IMG/VR virus record: IMGVR_UViG_3300021514_000002
Location: 288,001 to 352,000 of that record
DNA: 64,000 nucleotides
Strand: one strand, 5' to 3'
From: a virus
Taxonomy: Duplodnaviria; Caudoviricetes
Under the pieces are notes generated by a model, which worked only from the letters and a program-made list of their open reading frames with translations, had not been told where the DNA came from and ran no database searches. Within the stretch, counting starts at the first letter, position 1; each line of letters opens with the position of its first letter. Below are positions 9,472-19,158 of the stretch, piece after piece. Made by a program: the position numbers and the translations under genes.

Positions 9472-9678
9472 ATGGCCACATACGTATATAAATGTACAAA
9501 TAAAGAATGTGAAATACATAACATTGAATGGGAAGTAAAACAAAGTATGAAAGATGATGCTTTAACTACATGCCCAGAATGTGGGAAAGAGAGTTTGATT
9601 AAAGTAATATCCAGTGGTGGCGGATTCCGCATTGGTGGTCTAGGCGTACAAAAACCAACGGCGCACTGGGGCGATTGA
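9472..9678 (+). CDS. FmdB-family zinc-ribbon protein
   Basis: MATYVYKC..C...E..QSMKD..LT.CPECG...L.KVIS. Confidence 0.8.
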   Translation: MATYVYKCTNKECEIHNIEWEVKQSMKDDALTTCPECGKESLIKVISSGGGFRIGGLGVQKPTAHWGD

Positions 9679-9896
9679 TGCGCCATTGGAGCGAAGATAT
9701 TGTAACCATAACTTCCTCCAGTAATATAATATCCTTTTTTAATAAACATAAACACCAATTAGATCTCGAGGATGTAAAATTAATCGTTGACAAGTGCGAA
9801 GAATGTAGATTATACTTGAATGAACATAGTTGTTCGTATATAGAACAACACGAAGTTAATCCAAATATTCGTAAATATTTAGAAAAAATAAAGTAG
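9675..9896 (+). CDS. Hypothetical protein
   Basis: 73 aa ORF overlapping the previous stop (ATGA); contains CEEC. Confidence 0.5.
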   Translation: MMRHWSEDIVTITSSSNIISFFNKHKHQLDLEDVKLIVDKCEECRLYLNEHSCSYIEQHEVNPNIRKYLEKIK

Positions 9897-10182
9897 AAGT
9901 GACATACAAGTCCCATATTAGGACAATCTCATTGCCTGTCACCAATGAGTCGGTGTACGTTGCCCAATTTATCGAAAGACGTTGAGGCTAGTCCATCGTA
10001 AGATGTTAAAAACATTAAAAGGTAGAAGTTAAATACGCTACAGTATTCCAGACATCCCCCGTTATGGCTGTAGGCAGCTAGGTCCGCTTTACCCTTCAGC
10101 GACCGACCTTGGTTATTTTTTGACCTAAATGGGAAGGGACTGTTCTCTCAACTGTGTTGAGACTGTGTTTATATAAACAATA

Positions 10183-10237
10183 AATTATATATTAATAACA
10201 AGGGGGGGTTTATCCCCGAAGTTATTAATATATAATT
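10183..10237. repeat. Perfect 17 bp inverted repeat (long hairpin/cruciform)
   Basis: AATTATATATTAATAAC (10183-10199) / GTTATTAATATATAATT (10221-10237) enclosing GGGG-TTTAT-CCCC. Confidence 0.9.
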
Positions 10238-10274
10238 TCCGTCAAGCGCAGCGATGGCGGCATTATTGTAACTA

Positions 10275-10303
10275 TTGCTTTTTTCATTTTTTTGTGGTAA
10301 ACT
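10275..10303 (+). promoter_or_regulatory. Probable sigma70-type promoter of helicase
   Basis: TTGCTT-17 bp-TAAACT. Confidence 0.5.
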
Positions 10304-10309
10304 TCGTAG

Positions 10310-11908
10310 ATGGATAATAAAAACAACATTTTAAATTACTGGCCAACGCCTGAATTCACACCCCGTACTAATCAAGTCGCTGCACTTGAATGGATTACAA
10401 AACAAGAAGCCAAATACATTATACTTGAATTGCCCGTTGGCTCAGGTAAAAGCATACTTGGTCTTAACTTATCAAAATACCTTTCAAATGGACAAGGTAG
10501 CTCTTTCATATTAACCCCACAGCGTATTTTACAAGATCAATACGAACAAGATTTTCTAAGTAAAGGTAAGAGTTTCTTGGCATCGTTACATGGCAAAGGT
10601 AACTATAAATGCAAAAGCAAAAATACCTCTTGTAATATTGGTTCGTTAGTTAAACCCCGTTGTAACAACTGTCCCTTTGCAGATGCAAAAAAAGAAGCGA
10701 TTGATTCACATAACACCGTACTTAATTACAAATTGGCATTAACTTCTTTTTCATATACAGAAACTTTCAAAAAACGGAATCTAATGATTATGGATGAAGC
10801 CCATACATTAGAACGTCACTTAGTCGACTTCGATTCAGTTGACATATCATATGTCAGATGTAAACGATACGATATAAATTTTCAAGTACATACGTCACTT
10901 GAATCTGCGATGGCGTGGGTTAAAGACGCATATTTACCAAGAATTGAATCTATTTTTAATGACATGGAAGAAGAAAACGAATACCTATATGAAAAGGCGG
11001 GTACTGATATTACGCGCAAAGAACTCAATAAATTGAAAGAACTAGACGAGCTAGGTGATCACGTAAGTGAAGTACTATTGATGTCAGCCCGTACTACTGA
11101 ATACCTAAATGAAAACTTTGTGTTGGTTTGGGATAAAACAATGTTCAAATTTAAACGCCTCAAAGGATCTTATTCATTCAGAAAAATATTAGAACCTATG
11201 GCTAATAAGTTCTTGTTTATGTCTTCAACTATTTTGAATAAGAATACATTTTGTCATGACCTTGGTATTAATCCTAAAGATACAGCTTTCTTATCATTAC
11301 CTTCCGATTTTCCTGTCGAAAACAGACCGATTTATTATATGCCTGTCATGAAAATGAATGCATCGTGGAATAAACCAGAAAATGTCAATAATCGTAAACT
11401 GATGCTTTCACGTATTAAAGATTTATTAGAAATTCATAAAGACGAATCAGGTATTATACATACTGCTAATTATCAAATTGCTATTTGGTTAGTGAAGGAA
11501 CTTACTGGAAAAATCACCCATGATATCCATCACCATAATCCAGATGAAGATATTAATCGCAATAGTGCCATTGGTAATTTTATTGAATCTGATAGACCTT
11601 CAATTTTAATTAGCCCTTCTTCTACAGAAGGACTAGATCTCAAAGATTCTCTTGCAAGATTTGCCATTACGGTAAAAGTACCATTTGGGTACCTTGGTGA
11701 TCAATGGATTAAGCGTCGTATGGAAATGTCAAATGAATGGTATCGCCGCCGAGCCATTACGGATATTATTCAGGGGGGTGGTCGTATTGTTCGTAGCGCA
11801 GAAGATGAAGGTACGGTATACATATTAGATGGTAGTTTTGCATATTTGTACTCCCAATCAATGGCAATGGTACCACAGTGGTGGAAAGACTCATATAACG
11901 TATTGTAA
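10310..11908 (+). CDS. SF2 DinG/XPD-like helicase
   Basis: Q motif RTNQ, PVGSGKS, MDEAH, EGLD, QGGGRIVRS; Cys cluster C..C....C..CP. Confidence 0.88.
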   Translation: MDNKNNILNYWPTPEFTPRTNQVAALEWITKQEAKYIILELPVGSGKSILGLNLSKYLSNGQGSSFILTPQRILQDQYEQDFLSKGKSFLASLHGKGNYKCKSKNTSCNIGSLVKPRCNNCPFADAKKEAIDSHNTVLNYKLALTSFSYTETFKKRNLMIMDEAHTLERHLVDFDSVDISYVRCKRYDINFQVHTSLESAMAWVKDAYLPRIESIFNDMEEENEYLYEKAGTDITRKELNKLKELDELGDHVSEVLLMSARTTEYLNENFVLVWDKTMFKFKRLKGSYSFRKILEPMANKFLFMSSTILNKNTFCHDLGINPKDTAFLSLPSDFPVENRPIYYMPVMKMNASWNKPENVNNRKLMLSRIKDLLEIHKDESGIIHTANYQIAIWLVKELTGKITHDIHHHNPDEDINRNSAIGNFIESDRPSILISPSSTEGLDLKDSLARFAITVKVPFGYLGDQWIKRRMEMSNEWYRRRAITDIIQGGGRIVRSAEDEGTVYILDGSFAYLYSQSMAMVPQWWKDSYNVL

Positions 11909-11947
11909 GTTATTGATTATATTAGTTAAATATTATAACCTAATTGC

Positions 11948-11976
11948 TTGACTTTTGTAACCTAATTTGTTATAGT
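11948..11976 (+). promoter_or_regulatory. sigma70-type promoter
   Basis: TTGACT-17 bp-TATAGT. Confidence 0.75.
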
Positions 11977-12007
11977 AAGTTTAATATATTAATTAAGGAT
12001 ATACACG

Positions 12008-12427
12008 ATGTTAACTAAAATCATGAACCTCATATCATATTGTATAGTTATTGGTTTTGGGTTTATATTACTTAGTCCCTCTATACCATTTTGGGAAACA
12101 TTCATCGGCGCATTAAGATTTGTAGTTTGGGGTTTGCCTTTTGAAATTATAGCAAATCCGTTCGCGATATGGATGGACACGCTTGGAAGTGCACAAAGCA
12201 CCCTTGGTTTGTTTATTTCTTTTGCATTTCTTGCTACATATTATCTTGGCTGTTTTGTTGCTTTCACATCGTGGGTACATGTCCCAGACGCACCACCATC
12301 AGACCCATTTTGGGATAATGAGTTTTATTGGTTATTGGGACTTAAGAGCACGAAAGAATTACAAGATGTAGAAGTTCAAGCGAATGCAATAGTTCACGCA
12401 ATGAACAAACAGAAACGAACACAATAA
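12008..12427 (+). CDS. Hypothetical membrane protein
   Basis: Two to three hydrophobic segments; has its own promoter and terminator. Confidence 0.7.
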   Translation: MLTKIMNLISYCIVIGFGFILLSPSIPFWETFIGALRFVVWGLPFEIIANPFAIWMDTLGSAQSTLGLFISFAFLATYYLGCFVAFTSWVHVPDAPPSDPFWDNEFYWLLGLKSTKELQDVEVQANAIVHAMNKQKRTQ

Positions 12428-12453
12428 AAAAGGGGGCATTGCCCCCTTTTTTT
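12426..12453. terminator. Bidirectional intrinsic terminator
   Basis: AAAAAAGGGGGC-ATT-GCCCCCTTTTTT between convergent genes. Confidence 0.9.
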
Positions 12454-12472
12454 CACCTTATTATCATTAAAA

Positions 12473-12682
12473 TTAGTAGGTAGGATTTGGTGACTTACTT
12501 TCCAAGTCTAGTCTATTTTTTAAGAACTCTGAGACTAATTGACGTTCAGCATATGACATGGTTAAAAGGATACTTTCATACGACATCCCGCCTCGCATAA
12601 AATAAGTCATATCAATGATATTATTAATTAACATTTTTGCTTCATCTTGTAATGTTAAAAACATATGTTGAATATCCTTCAC
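12473..12682 (-). CDS. gp51: Baseplate hub assembly protein gp51-like
   Basis: YFMRGGMSYE...MS..ER......L; follows gp26. Confidence 0.7.
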   Translation of the reverse strand: MKDIQHMFLTLQDEAKMLINNIIDMTYFMRGGMSYESILLTMSYAERQLVSEFLKNRLDLESKSPNPTY

Positions 12683-12699
12683 TGAACCTGATTTTAATG

Positions 12700-13560
12700 T
12701 TACATAAAATAAGATAAGGGATTTATCGGCGCGGTAACTTTCATCTTCTTACCACAATCTTTACACTTTGTTTCGTATACGAAATCAGGACCCCAGTCAC
12801 TTGTTTTTTCTATAGCTTCTGACAATTTAGTCATCCAACCAGCAGAAATAGTAGTCAACCATTCTTTGATCATGTCCTTATTATCAATATTATCTACTGA
12901 ACTAATTACACTCATTATTGTATCAACAATACTCGCGGTTTCTTCTTCTGGGGTAAGATTAGCGCTTGGATCATAGCTTTGCATCATTTTAATAACATCT
13001 TTAAATCTTGGTGGATGCATTTTTATTACTTGATCGTTGGGGAGTTTGGTAGTATACATTTTTCCAATTGTTGTAGGATCTATACGTTTAGTGTTGTTGA
13101 TAAAATAATCAATACTAATACTATATTCTTGTGATTTTGCATCCTTACAATCATGTGTATATATTAATTGAAAAGTATCCCCGTATGTTATTTTTCTCAA
13201 GCACACCATAAGAAAATCTATATCTTTACTAAACAACTCCTTCGGTTTCATAATTTGTGGAATACATCGCTTGAATATTTGCTCAACCGCTTCACCTGAG
13301 AATAATAGATCTGGGGTTTTAAGTAATACTTCATCAAATGCGGTCATCGGATGTATGTGTACTTCACCGTCAACCACTGAAGCATCTAACTCATTATCTG
13401 TATAAAAAATCCCACCAGATGGCAATTTGAACGTAGAACCTGGCATGTGCACGCGCGCCAGAAGGGGATTAACTGTTTTTTGTGCCGTTTCAGGCAATAT
13501 TGTTTTCTTTATTTCATCTACCCTATTGTTTTCAGGTGATGAATTATCCATATTATCCAT
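12700..13560 (-). CDS. gp26: Baseplate hub subunit gp26-like
   Basis: LPSGG..Y, PMTAFDE.LL, DIDFL...LR..TYG, terminal CKDCG. Confidence 0.85.
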   Translation of the reverse strand: MDNMDNSSPENNRVDEIKKTILPETAQKTVNPLLARVHMPGSTFKLPSGGIFYTDNELDASVVDGEVHIHPMTAFDEVLLKTPDLLFSGEAVEQIFKRCIPQIMKPKELFSKDIDFLMVCLRKITYGDTFQLIYTHDCKDAKSQEYSISIDYFINNTKRIDPTTIGKMYTTKLPNDQVIKMHPPRFKDVIKMMQSYDPSANLTPEEETASIVDTIMSVISSVDNIDNKDMIKEWLTTISAGWMTKLSEAIEKTSDWGPDFVYETKCKDCGKKMKVTAPINPLSYFM

Positions 13561-13682
13561 TCTTTTCTCCTATGGTCGTATGTTTTTATATTTAGTTTAT
13601 ATGCATTATATTTATTATGGGGTTTTTCCGTATGGTATATAGGATAAATATAGAATAATAAGTATCTATTTAGGTTAAAATA

Positions 13683-15764
13683 ATGGCATTTAGTTCTGAA
13701 CAAAATGAAATTCTACAAGCATTAGCGGCTATGATTAAGCAATCAGCAGGTGTACGTGAACCCATTGTGGGCGTTGAAGCGCGTGCGGAAAAAGAAAACG
13801 CAGAAGCGAATAAGAAATTACTCGAAGCAAATAAACAATTAATCGCTGCCCTTAAGAAATATAAAAATGTAACAGAGTTATCCAATGATCAATTTGATGA
13901 AATTGCAAAGGCCGCAGATAAGGCAGGTGTTAAATTAGATGACTTAATTGACGCCACCACATTGACAGTTAAAAGTTTTGACGATTTGCAAGAAGAAACT
14001 GACGAACTTGCCGCTGCAATGGACAAGACAACAGATAAAACTAAGAAACACACAAAAACAGTACAGACCGCAATCAACATATGGGATCAACATTCTCAGA
14101 AAATAAAAGATTCATTTGGATTATTTGTTGAAGAAAATCGCATAATGAAAGAACGTGCTGCAAACGACGCAACATATGCTGATGCTGTGATAGGGTTGGG
14201 AATATCAATGAAAGAATGGTCAACTATTCTTGCTGATAATCGTGGCGTGCAACAAGCAATGGCATCTAGTGGTAGGGATTTTACAGAAGAACTATCAGCA
14301 GGTTCTGAACGTATGAGAAGTTTTAGTAAGGATAATGTTCAAGCCGCAAAAACTACGGCAGCACTTATGAAAGGTATTGCAGGATTCGGTGTATCGCAAA
14401 AAAATCTTGATGGCGCGCTTAATGAACAAATAAACATGTATGAAAAAAATTATAGAGTATTTGGAATAACAGCTGAAGCTTTTGCTGAATCCACCGCCGC
14501 TCTCGTTACAGATACTGATATTCGCAACAATCTTTCAATAATGGGCGAAAAGGAAAGAAAAGCATTTATTGTTGGTCTGCAAGCGCGCGAAGCCGAAAGA
14601 CTTGCAATGGGTTATACCGCAGAACAAGCACGTGAATTAACGAAAACTTTTGCGGCGTTGGCAGGCGAAACACCAAAAGAAAGAATGAAAAAGGCAGCTA
14701 AACAAAGAGCATTAGCAGGCGCATTGGGGATGGGCGAAGAAGGTGCTCGTTTGCAACAATTAATGGTTAATATTAATCAGTTACAAGGCAAAGAGCGTAC
14801 CGCAGCTTTAAAAGAAATTGAAGATATTCAACGTGGAATGGCGAATGCGTTACAAGTCAAAAAAGGCCAAGGTATTGCTAGTGAAATGTTCGCAACCGCA
14901 TTTGCAGATAAAGCAGGATTTCTCGAACTTGCCCGTACCCTTGAAACACGTTCAAAGGAAGGTCAAAAAATTGATAAAGCACAAATGGCAGCAACTGCGG
15001 CTGGTCGTGAAGTTCCATGGTTAATAGATAAAGGATTAACCGTTCTTAGTTGGATAGAAGGATATCAAGCAACATCGGTTGCCTTGCTTGGGACTATTGC
15101 CTTTGCACTTACAAAAGGCAAAATATTAAGTCTTATTTCCAATGTATTTAAAGGTGGCGGCGGTAAAGCAGCTGCTGCGGGAGCAGGCAAACTGGCATCA
15201 ATGGCAGGTGGCGCGAAAAGCGTTCTTGGTAGTGTTGTAGCAAAGGTTGCAGCACCTCTTGCAGGTGTTATCGCGGGCTATGAAAAATATGCAGAATTGA
15301 AAGACAAAAAAGAATTAACCGCAGGACAAAAAACTGCTCAAATTGGCACGACAGCAGTCGGTGGAACAGGCGGCGCATTAGCGGGTGCTGCGGCGGGTGC
15401 TGCTATTGGAACACTTGCGGGACCAATTGGCACAATTGTTGGTGGATTAATCGGCGGCGCTGTCGGGGCGTGGGGCGGCTCGGAAGCAGGTGCATCTATT
15501 GGGGAAGGTATTAGTGACTTAATGGCTAAACCTGAAACACAGCAAGCAGCAAAAGAAAAGATCGCCGCTGAACCTGCTGTTACAACAGAAATTTCTAAAA
15601 AAACCACAGACAATGATTCACTAGTTGCAACATTAAAAGAACTTATGAAATATATTAAAACTATCAACGAACAAAATAGCGAACAAGCCGCTGCTATGAG
15701 AGCATTGGCAGAAGTAATAAAAGACAATAAAAGGTTCGCAGTTAATAATAGATCAAGAGTTTAA
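13683..15764 (+). CDS. Tape-measure/baseplate hub gp29-like protein
   Basis: 693 aa, helical and Ala/Lys-rich with glycine-zipper GALAGAAAGAAIG..GGLIGG; divergent from gp26. Confidence 0.6.
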   Translation: MAFSSEQNEILQALAAMIKQSAGVREPIVGVEARAEKENAEANKKLLEANKQLIAALKKYKNVTELSNDQFDEIAKAADKAGVKLDDLIDATTLTVKSFDDLQEETDELAAAMDKTTDKTKKHTKTVQTAINIWDQHSQKIKDSFGLFVEENRIMKERAANDATYADAVIGLGISMKEWSTILADNRGVQQAMASSGRDFTEELSAGSERMRSFSKDNVQAAKTTAALMKGIAGFGVSQKNLDGALNEQINMYEKNYRVFGITAEAFAESTAALVTDTDIRNNLSIMGEKERKAFIVGLQAREAERLAMGYTAEQARELTKTFAALAGETPKERMKKAAKQRALAGALGMGEEGARLQQLMVNINQLQGKERTAALKEIEDIQRGMANALQVKKGQGIASEMFATAFADKAGFLELARTLETRSKEGQKIDKAQMAATAAGREVPWLIDKGLTVLSWIEGYQATSVALLGTIAFALTKGKILSLISNVFKGGGGKAAAAGAGKLASMAGGAKSVLGSVVAKVAAPLAGVIAGYEKYAELKDKKELTAGQKTAQIGTTAVGGTGGALAGAAAGAAIGTLAGPIGTIVGGLIGGAVGAWGGSEAGASIGEGISDLMAKPETQQAAKEKIAAEPAVTTEISKKTTDNDSLVATLKELMKYIKTINEQNSEQAAAMRALAEVIKDNKRFAVNNRSRV

Positions 15765-15843
15765 TTAAACGCAAGGTTTGCTAAAAAATAGTCCTCATAA
15801 ATATAATTATAATAGTAAACATACACTAAGAAGAATTAATTTT

Positions 15844-17472
15844 ATGACAGCAAAATGGACGGGATATTTTAAGGTTGTTTCACCGCAACCCTCTACAACC
15901 AAAATGACAGATAGCCAGGAAATGGCTGACTCTGGCGCGTACAACAACTATACATGGTATCAACGATTAGTACAAGGTTCCGCATCACGTATGACGCGGT
16001 ATCGTGAATATGATCTCATGGATAATGACATTGAAGTCGCGCGTGCACTTGATACTATCGCAGAAGAAATGACAGGGAATAATCCTAAAACAAAAGAACC
16101 TCTTATTCTTGATATTATGACAGAAGATGAAGACAATGTTGAAGGCATTGCGGTTCTTACGTTGAAGGCAGCATTACGACGTTGGGCACATTTGCACAAT
16201 TTTCCAAATCGTTTATATGCCATTGCACGCTTAACAATAAAATATGGCGATGTTTTTTTCCGCAAAGGAAAAAAACTAAATGATAAGTGGCAATTCATTC
16301 ATCCTAAAAATATAATTGCAGCCGTTGTTGATGAACATGATGCAACTAAAGTTTTGGCATGGCAGATGAAAAAAGATATAGAAAAACCAAGAACTGGTGG
16401 TTATGCTATGCCAATCGGCGCTAAAGAAGATTCTGCACATGAAAGTGAAATTGTTTCAACTAATGAACTTATTCGCTTTTCGTTAAACGATGATATGTCA
16501 GATACCCAACCATTTGGTGAATCTGTTCTACGTCCAGTTTATCGTTCACACAAACAAAAAGAATTATTGGAAGATGCTGTTATTATCTATCGTGTACAAC
16601 GTGCACCTGAGCGTCGTGTATTCTATATTGATGTTGGTAAGATGCCTCCACAGCGTGTTAAACAATACCTTGAAGGTATTAAGAATGAAATTAAACAAAA
16701 GAAAATCCCAACACAAAATGGTGGACAATCAGAAGTAGATTCCGTTTATAACCCACATTCAATGAGTGAAGATTTCTTTTTCGCGTCACGACCAGATGGT
16801 CGTGGTTCACGCGTTGAAACATTACCAGGTGGTCAAGGTCTTGGTGAATTATCCGATCTTGAATACTTCCAACGTAAAGTCTGGCGTGGTTTGAAAGTTC
16901 CAGTCTCTTATATGATAGAACAACAAGAAGGTGGCCAAGTCTGGAATGATGGTAAAGTCGGCATCGCATATATTCAGGAATTGCGTTTTTCATTATACGT
17001 AGAACGACTACAAGGTTATCTTGAAAGAACATTAGATGCTGAATTTAAAGAATTCTTACGCAAGACGAATATCCGCATTGATGAATCAATGTATCGTATT
17101 ATGCTTCCAGAACCTTCTAACTTTGGTAAGTACAAACAACTTGAATTAGATAGTCAGTTACTTAGTGCATATACAACTCCAGATGGAATTAGTTATATGT
17201 CTAAACGATTTGCAATGAAACGCTATTTACAAATGTCTGATGAAGAAATGATTACCAATGAACGGTTAAAGCGCGAAGAATTAGGTATTGATGCTGATAG
17301 TACAGATCCTGCCGACTTACAAGCAATCTATGGTGCACCAGAAGAAGGTGCCATGGGCGGCATGACAGGTGGCCTAGGTGGTGGATTTGGTGGTGCAGAA
17401 TTAGGCATGAGCGGTGAACCCGCAACCCCAGAAAGTGGCACTCCACCCGCTGCTGCAACGCCAACAACATAA
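15844..17472 (+). CDS. gp20: Portal vertex protein gp20
   Basis: LEDAVIIYRVQRAPERRVFYIDVGKMPP and EDFFF..R.DGRGSRVETLPGG; probable start MTAKW at 15844. Confidence 0.97.
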   Translation: MTAKWTGYFKVVSPQPSTTKMTDSQEMADSGAYNNYTWYQRLVQGSASRMTRYREYDLMDNDIEVARALDTIAEEMTGNNPKTKEPLILDIMTEDEDNVEGIAVLTLKAALRRWAHLHNFPNRLYAIARLTIKYGDVFFRKGKKLNDKWQFIHPKNIIAAVVDEHDATKVLAWQMKKDIEKPRTGGYAMPIGAKEDSAHESEIVSTNELIRFSLNDDMSDTQPFGESVLRPVYRSHKQKELLEDAVIIYRVQRAPERRVFYIDVGKMPPQRVKQYLEGIKNEIKQKKIPTQNGGQSEVDSVYNPHSMSEDFFFASRPDGRGSRVETLPGGQGLGELSDLEYFQRKVWRGLKVPVSYMIEQQEGGQVWNDGKVGIAYIQELRFSLYVERLQGYLERTLDAEFKEFLRKTNIRIDESMYRIMLPEPSNFGKYKQLELDSQLLSAYTTPDGISYMSKRFAMKRYLQMSDEEMITNERLKREELGIDADSTDPADLQAIYGAPEEGAMGGMTGGLGGGFGGAELGMSGEPATPESGTPPAAATPTT

Positions 17473-17497
17473 AAGTTTACATAAATATAATGAACCG

Positions 17498-17505
17498 TAT
17501 AAATA
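17498..17505 (+). promoter_or_regulatory. T4-type late promoter
   Basis: TATAAATA ahead of head-core genes. Confidence 0.75.
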
Positions 17506-17518
17506 AAAGGAGATAACA

Positions 17519-17683
17519 ATGGCTGATACTGAACAACTTAGTAAAATGCTTGATAATTTAATTAATAAAAAGGATGAACAGGCGCAAGTTCACTTCCATG
17601 ATTATTTGCAAGGAAAAATGCAGGAAGTAATTCATGGTGATGAAGAAGTAAGCGAAGAACCTGATAATTCTATTACCAAATAA
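17519..17683 (+). CDS. Small prohead core protein (gp67-like; absent from ORF track)
   Basis: AGGAG RBS; MADTEQLSKMLDNLINKKDEQAQVHFHDYLQGKMQEVIHGDEEVSEEPDNSITK; position just after portal. Confidence 0.75.
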   Translation: MADTEQLSKMLDNLINKKDEQAQVHFHDYLQGKMQEVIHGDEEVSEEPDNSITK

Positions 17684-17695
17684 GGGGAACACAAC

Positions 17696-18208
17696 ATGAG
17701 CAGCGGCACAAAAAAGGTATTATCTGCCACTAAAATAAAACAACAAGCTATCCAAAAGATGCTTGAATCTTTAATTACAGGTAATCCAGAAGAAGCAAGT
17801 GTGCAACTTCATGAATATCTTCAGTTAAAAACACGCGAATTAATCATTGGTGAATCGTCTGAAAAGGATGAAGATGAAGATGATAAAGAATGTGATGACG
17901 ACAAAGTCGATGACAAAGATGACAAAGATGACGACAAAGATGGTAAGGAAGATGTAAAAGAAACAGTTACACATCATCCTGACGGCGCAATGTCGCGTAC
18001 GATAAGTGGTCTTTTGAATTTTGAAAATGGTGGTAAGAAAACACTTAAGAAGCATGATAATTCTACCAAAGAACTTGATGGTACTAAAGTTGTAAAAACT
18101 AAATTCAAGTCTGGTGGTAAGCAACCTGCTAAAACACTTGAAAAAACCCCAAAACCTGAAAAGTTTAATGATGGTCGCTCTAAAGATTTAGGTACTACTA
18201 AATCTTAA
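17696..18208 (+). CDS. Prohead core protein (gp67/gp68-like)
   Basis: Acidic D/E/K-rich protein between portal and protease; internal IIGE and VKE potential cleavage sites. Confidence 0.65.
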   Translation: MSSGTKKVLSATKIKQQAIQKMLESLITGNPEEASVQLHEYLQLKTRELIIGESSEKDEDEDDKECDDDKVDDKDDKDDDKDGKEDVKETVTHHPDGAMSRTISGLLNFENGGKKTLKKHDNSTKELDGTKVVKTKFKSGGKQPAKTLEKTPKPEKFNDGRSKDLGTTKS

Positions 18209-18330
18209 TGTGGTGGTTTAAGGCACTATCTGTAATCAAAACAACATATACATGGATTGGTACATTACAGATGGTAGCCAAAATGGTTAAATGGTTAAAG
18301 AGATTTAAAAAAGAAGCAAAGGAAAGCTAA
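18208..18330 (+). CDS. 40 aa basic amphipathic peptide (absent from ORF track)
   Basis: TAATG-coupled to the upstream gene and ends 9 nt before gp21; MWWFKALSVIKTTYTWIGTLQMVAKMVKWLKRFKKEAKES. Confidence 0.55.
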   Translation: MWWFKALSVIKTTYTWIGTLQMVAKMVKWLKRFKKEAKES

Positions 18331-18339
18331 GGAAAGATT

Positions 18340-18978
18340 ATGTCACAACAATTATTATTTGAAGAACTAACACCATCGCAGGCAGGTTTGATTAAAGAAT
18401 CATCTCATGATGGTAAAGACACATGGTTAAATGGTATTTTCATGCAAGGTGGTATAAAGAACCGTAATGGGCGTCTTTATCCTATGAATGAAATCCAAGC
18501 CGCAGTATCTTCTGCACAGATGCGAATTAAAGAATCAAATGGTATATTTGGTGAACTTGATCATCCGCAAACACTAACAATTAATCTTGATCGCATTTCG
18601 CATGTTATCACTGAATTAGCAGTTAATGGTAATAATGCAGTCGGTAAGGCTAAATTACTTAATACCCCTATGGGCAATATTGCAAAAGAACTTGCTAACT
18701 CTGGTGTTGCGTTAGGTGTATCTTCGCGTGGTGCAGGTCAAGTGAATGAAAATGGTGGTGTTCAAGGATTCAACTTTGTTACTGTTGATATTGTTGCACA
18801 ACCTTCTGCACCGAATGCTTATCCAACTACGGTCATTGAATCATTGGACATTGCAAAGAATGGTCATAATATTCTTGATCTTTCCGAAGCAGTTCGTTAC
18901 GACCCAGCAGCACAAAAATATTTCAAAAAAGAAATTGAAAAGTGGTTAAATACTGGACTTTTTGCAAAATGCAAATAA
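18340..18978 (+). CDS. gp21: Prohead core protease gp21
   Basis: GIFMQ..IKNRNGRLYP, GELDHP, LGVSSRG, VDIVAQPSAPNAY. Confidence 0.96.
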   Translation: MSQQLLFEELTPSQAGLIKESSHDGKDTWLNGIFMQGGIKNRNGRLYPMNEIQAAVSSAQMRIKESNGIFGELDHPQTLTINLDRISHVITELAVNGNNAVGKAKLLNTPMGNIAKELANSGVALGVSSRGAGQVNENGGVQGFNFVTVDIVAQPSAPNAYPTTVIESLDIAKNGHNILDLSEAVRYDPAAQKYFKKEIEKWLNTGLFAKCK

Positions 18979-19038
18979 ACAAAAATAAAAGTTCAATTAT
19001 TTTAACTTTTTATTGCATCGTAAGTGCATGAAATTATT

Positions 19039-19075
19039 AAGGATTTTGTCTGTTAAAAGACAAGATCCTTTTTTT
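19039..19075 (+). terminator. Intrinsic terminator after gp21
   Basis: AAGGATTTTGTCT-GTTAAA-AGACAAGATCCTT followed by a T run. Confidence 0.6.
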
Positions 19076-19158
19076 GTTGCGTCTTTAATAAATATTTAAC
19101 ATAGAAATATTACTAACTACTTGAAATACAAAACAGTTTTAAACATTAGGAGAAAAAA

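Noticed and set aside
9897-10140. tRNA, tmRNA or known riboswitch in the intergenic region
   Set aside because: No cloverleaf, T-loop GTTC or CCA end was recognisable by eye; it is kept only as an unclassified structured region.
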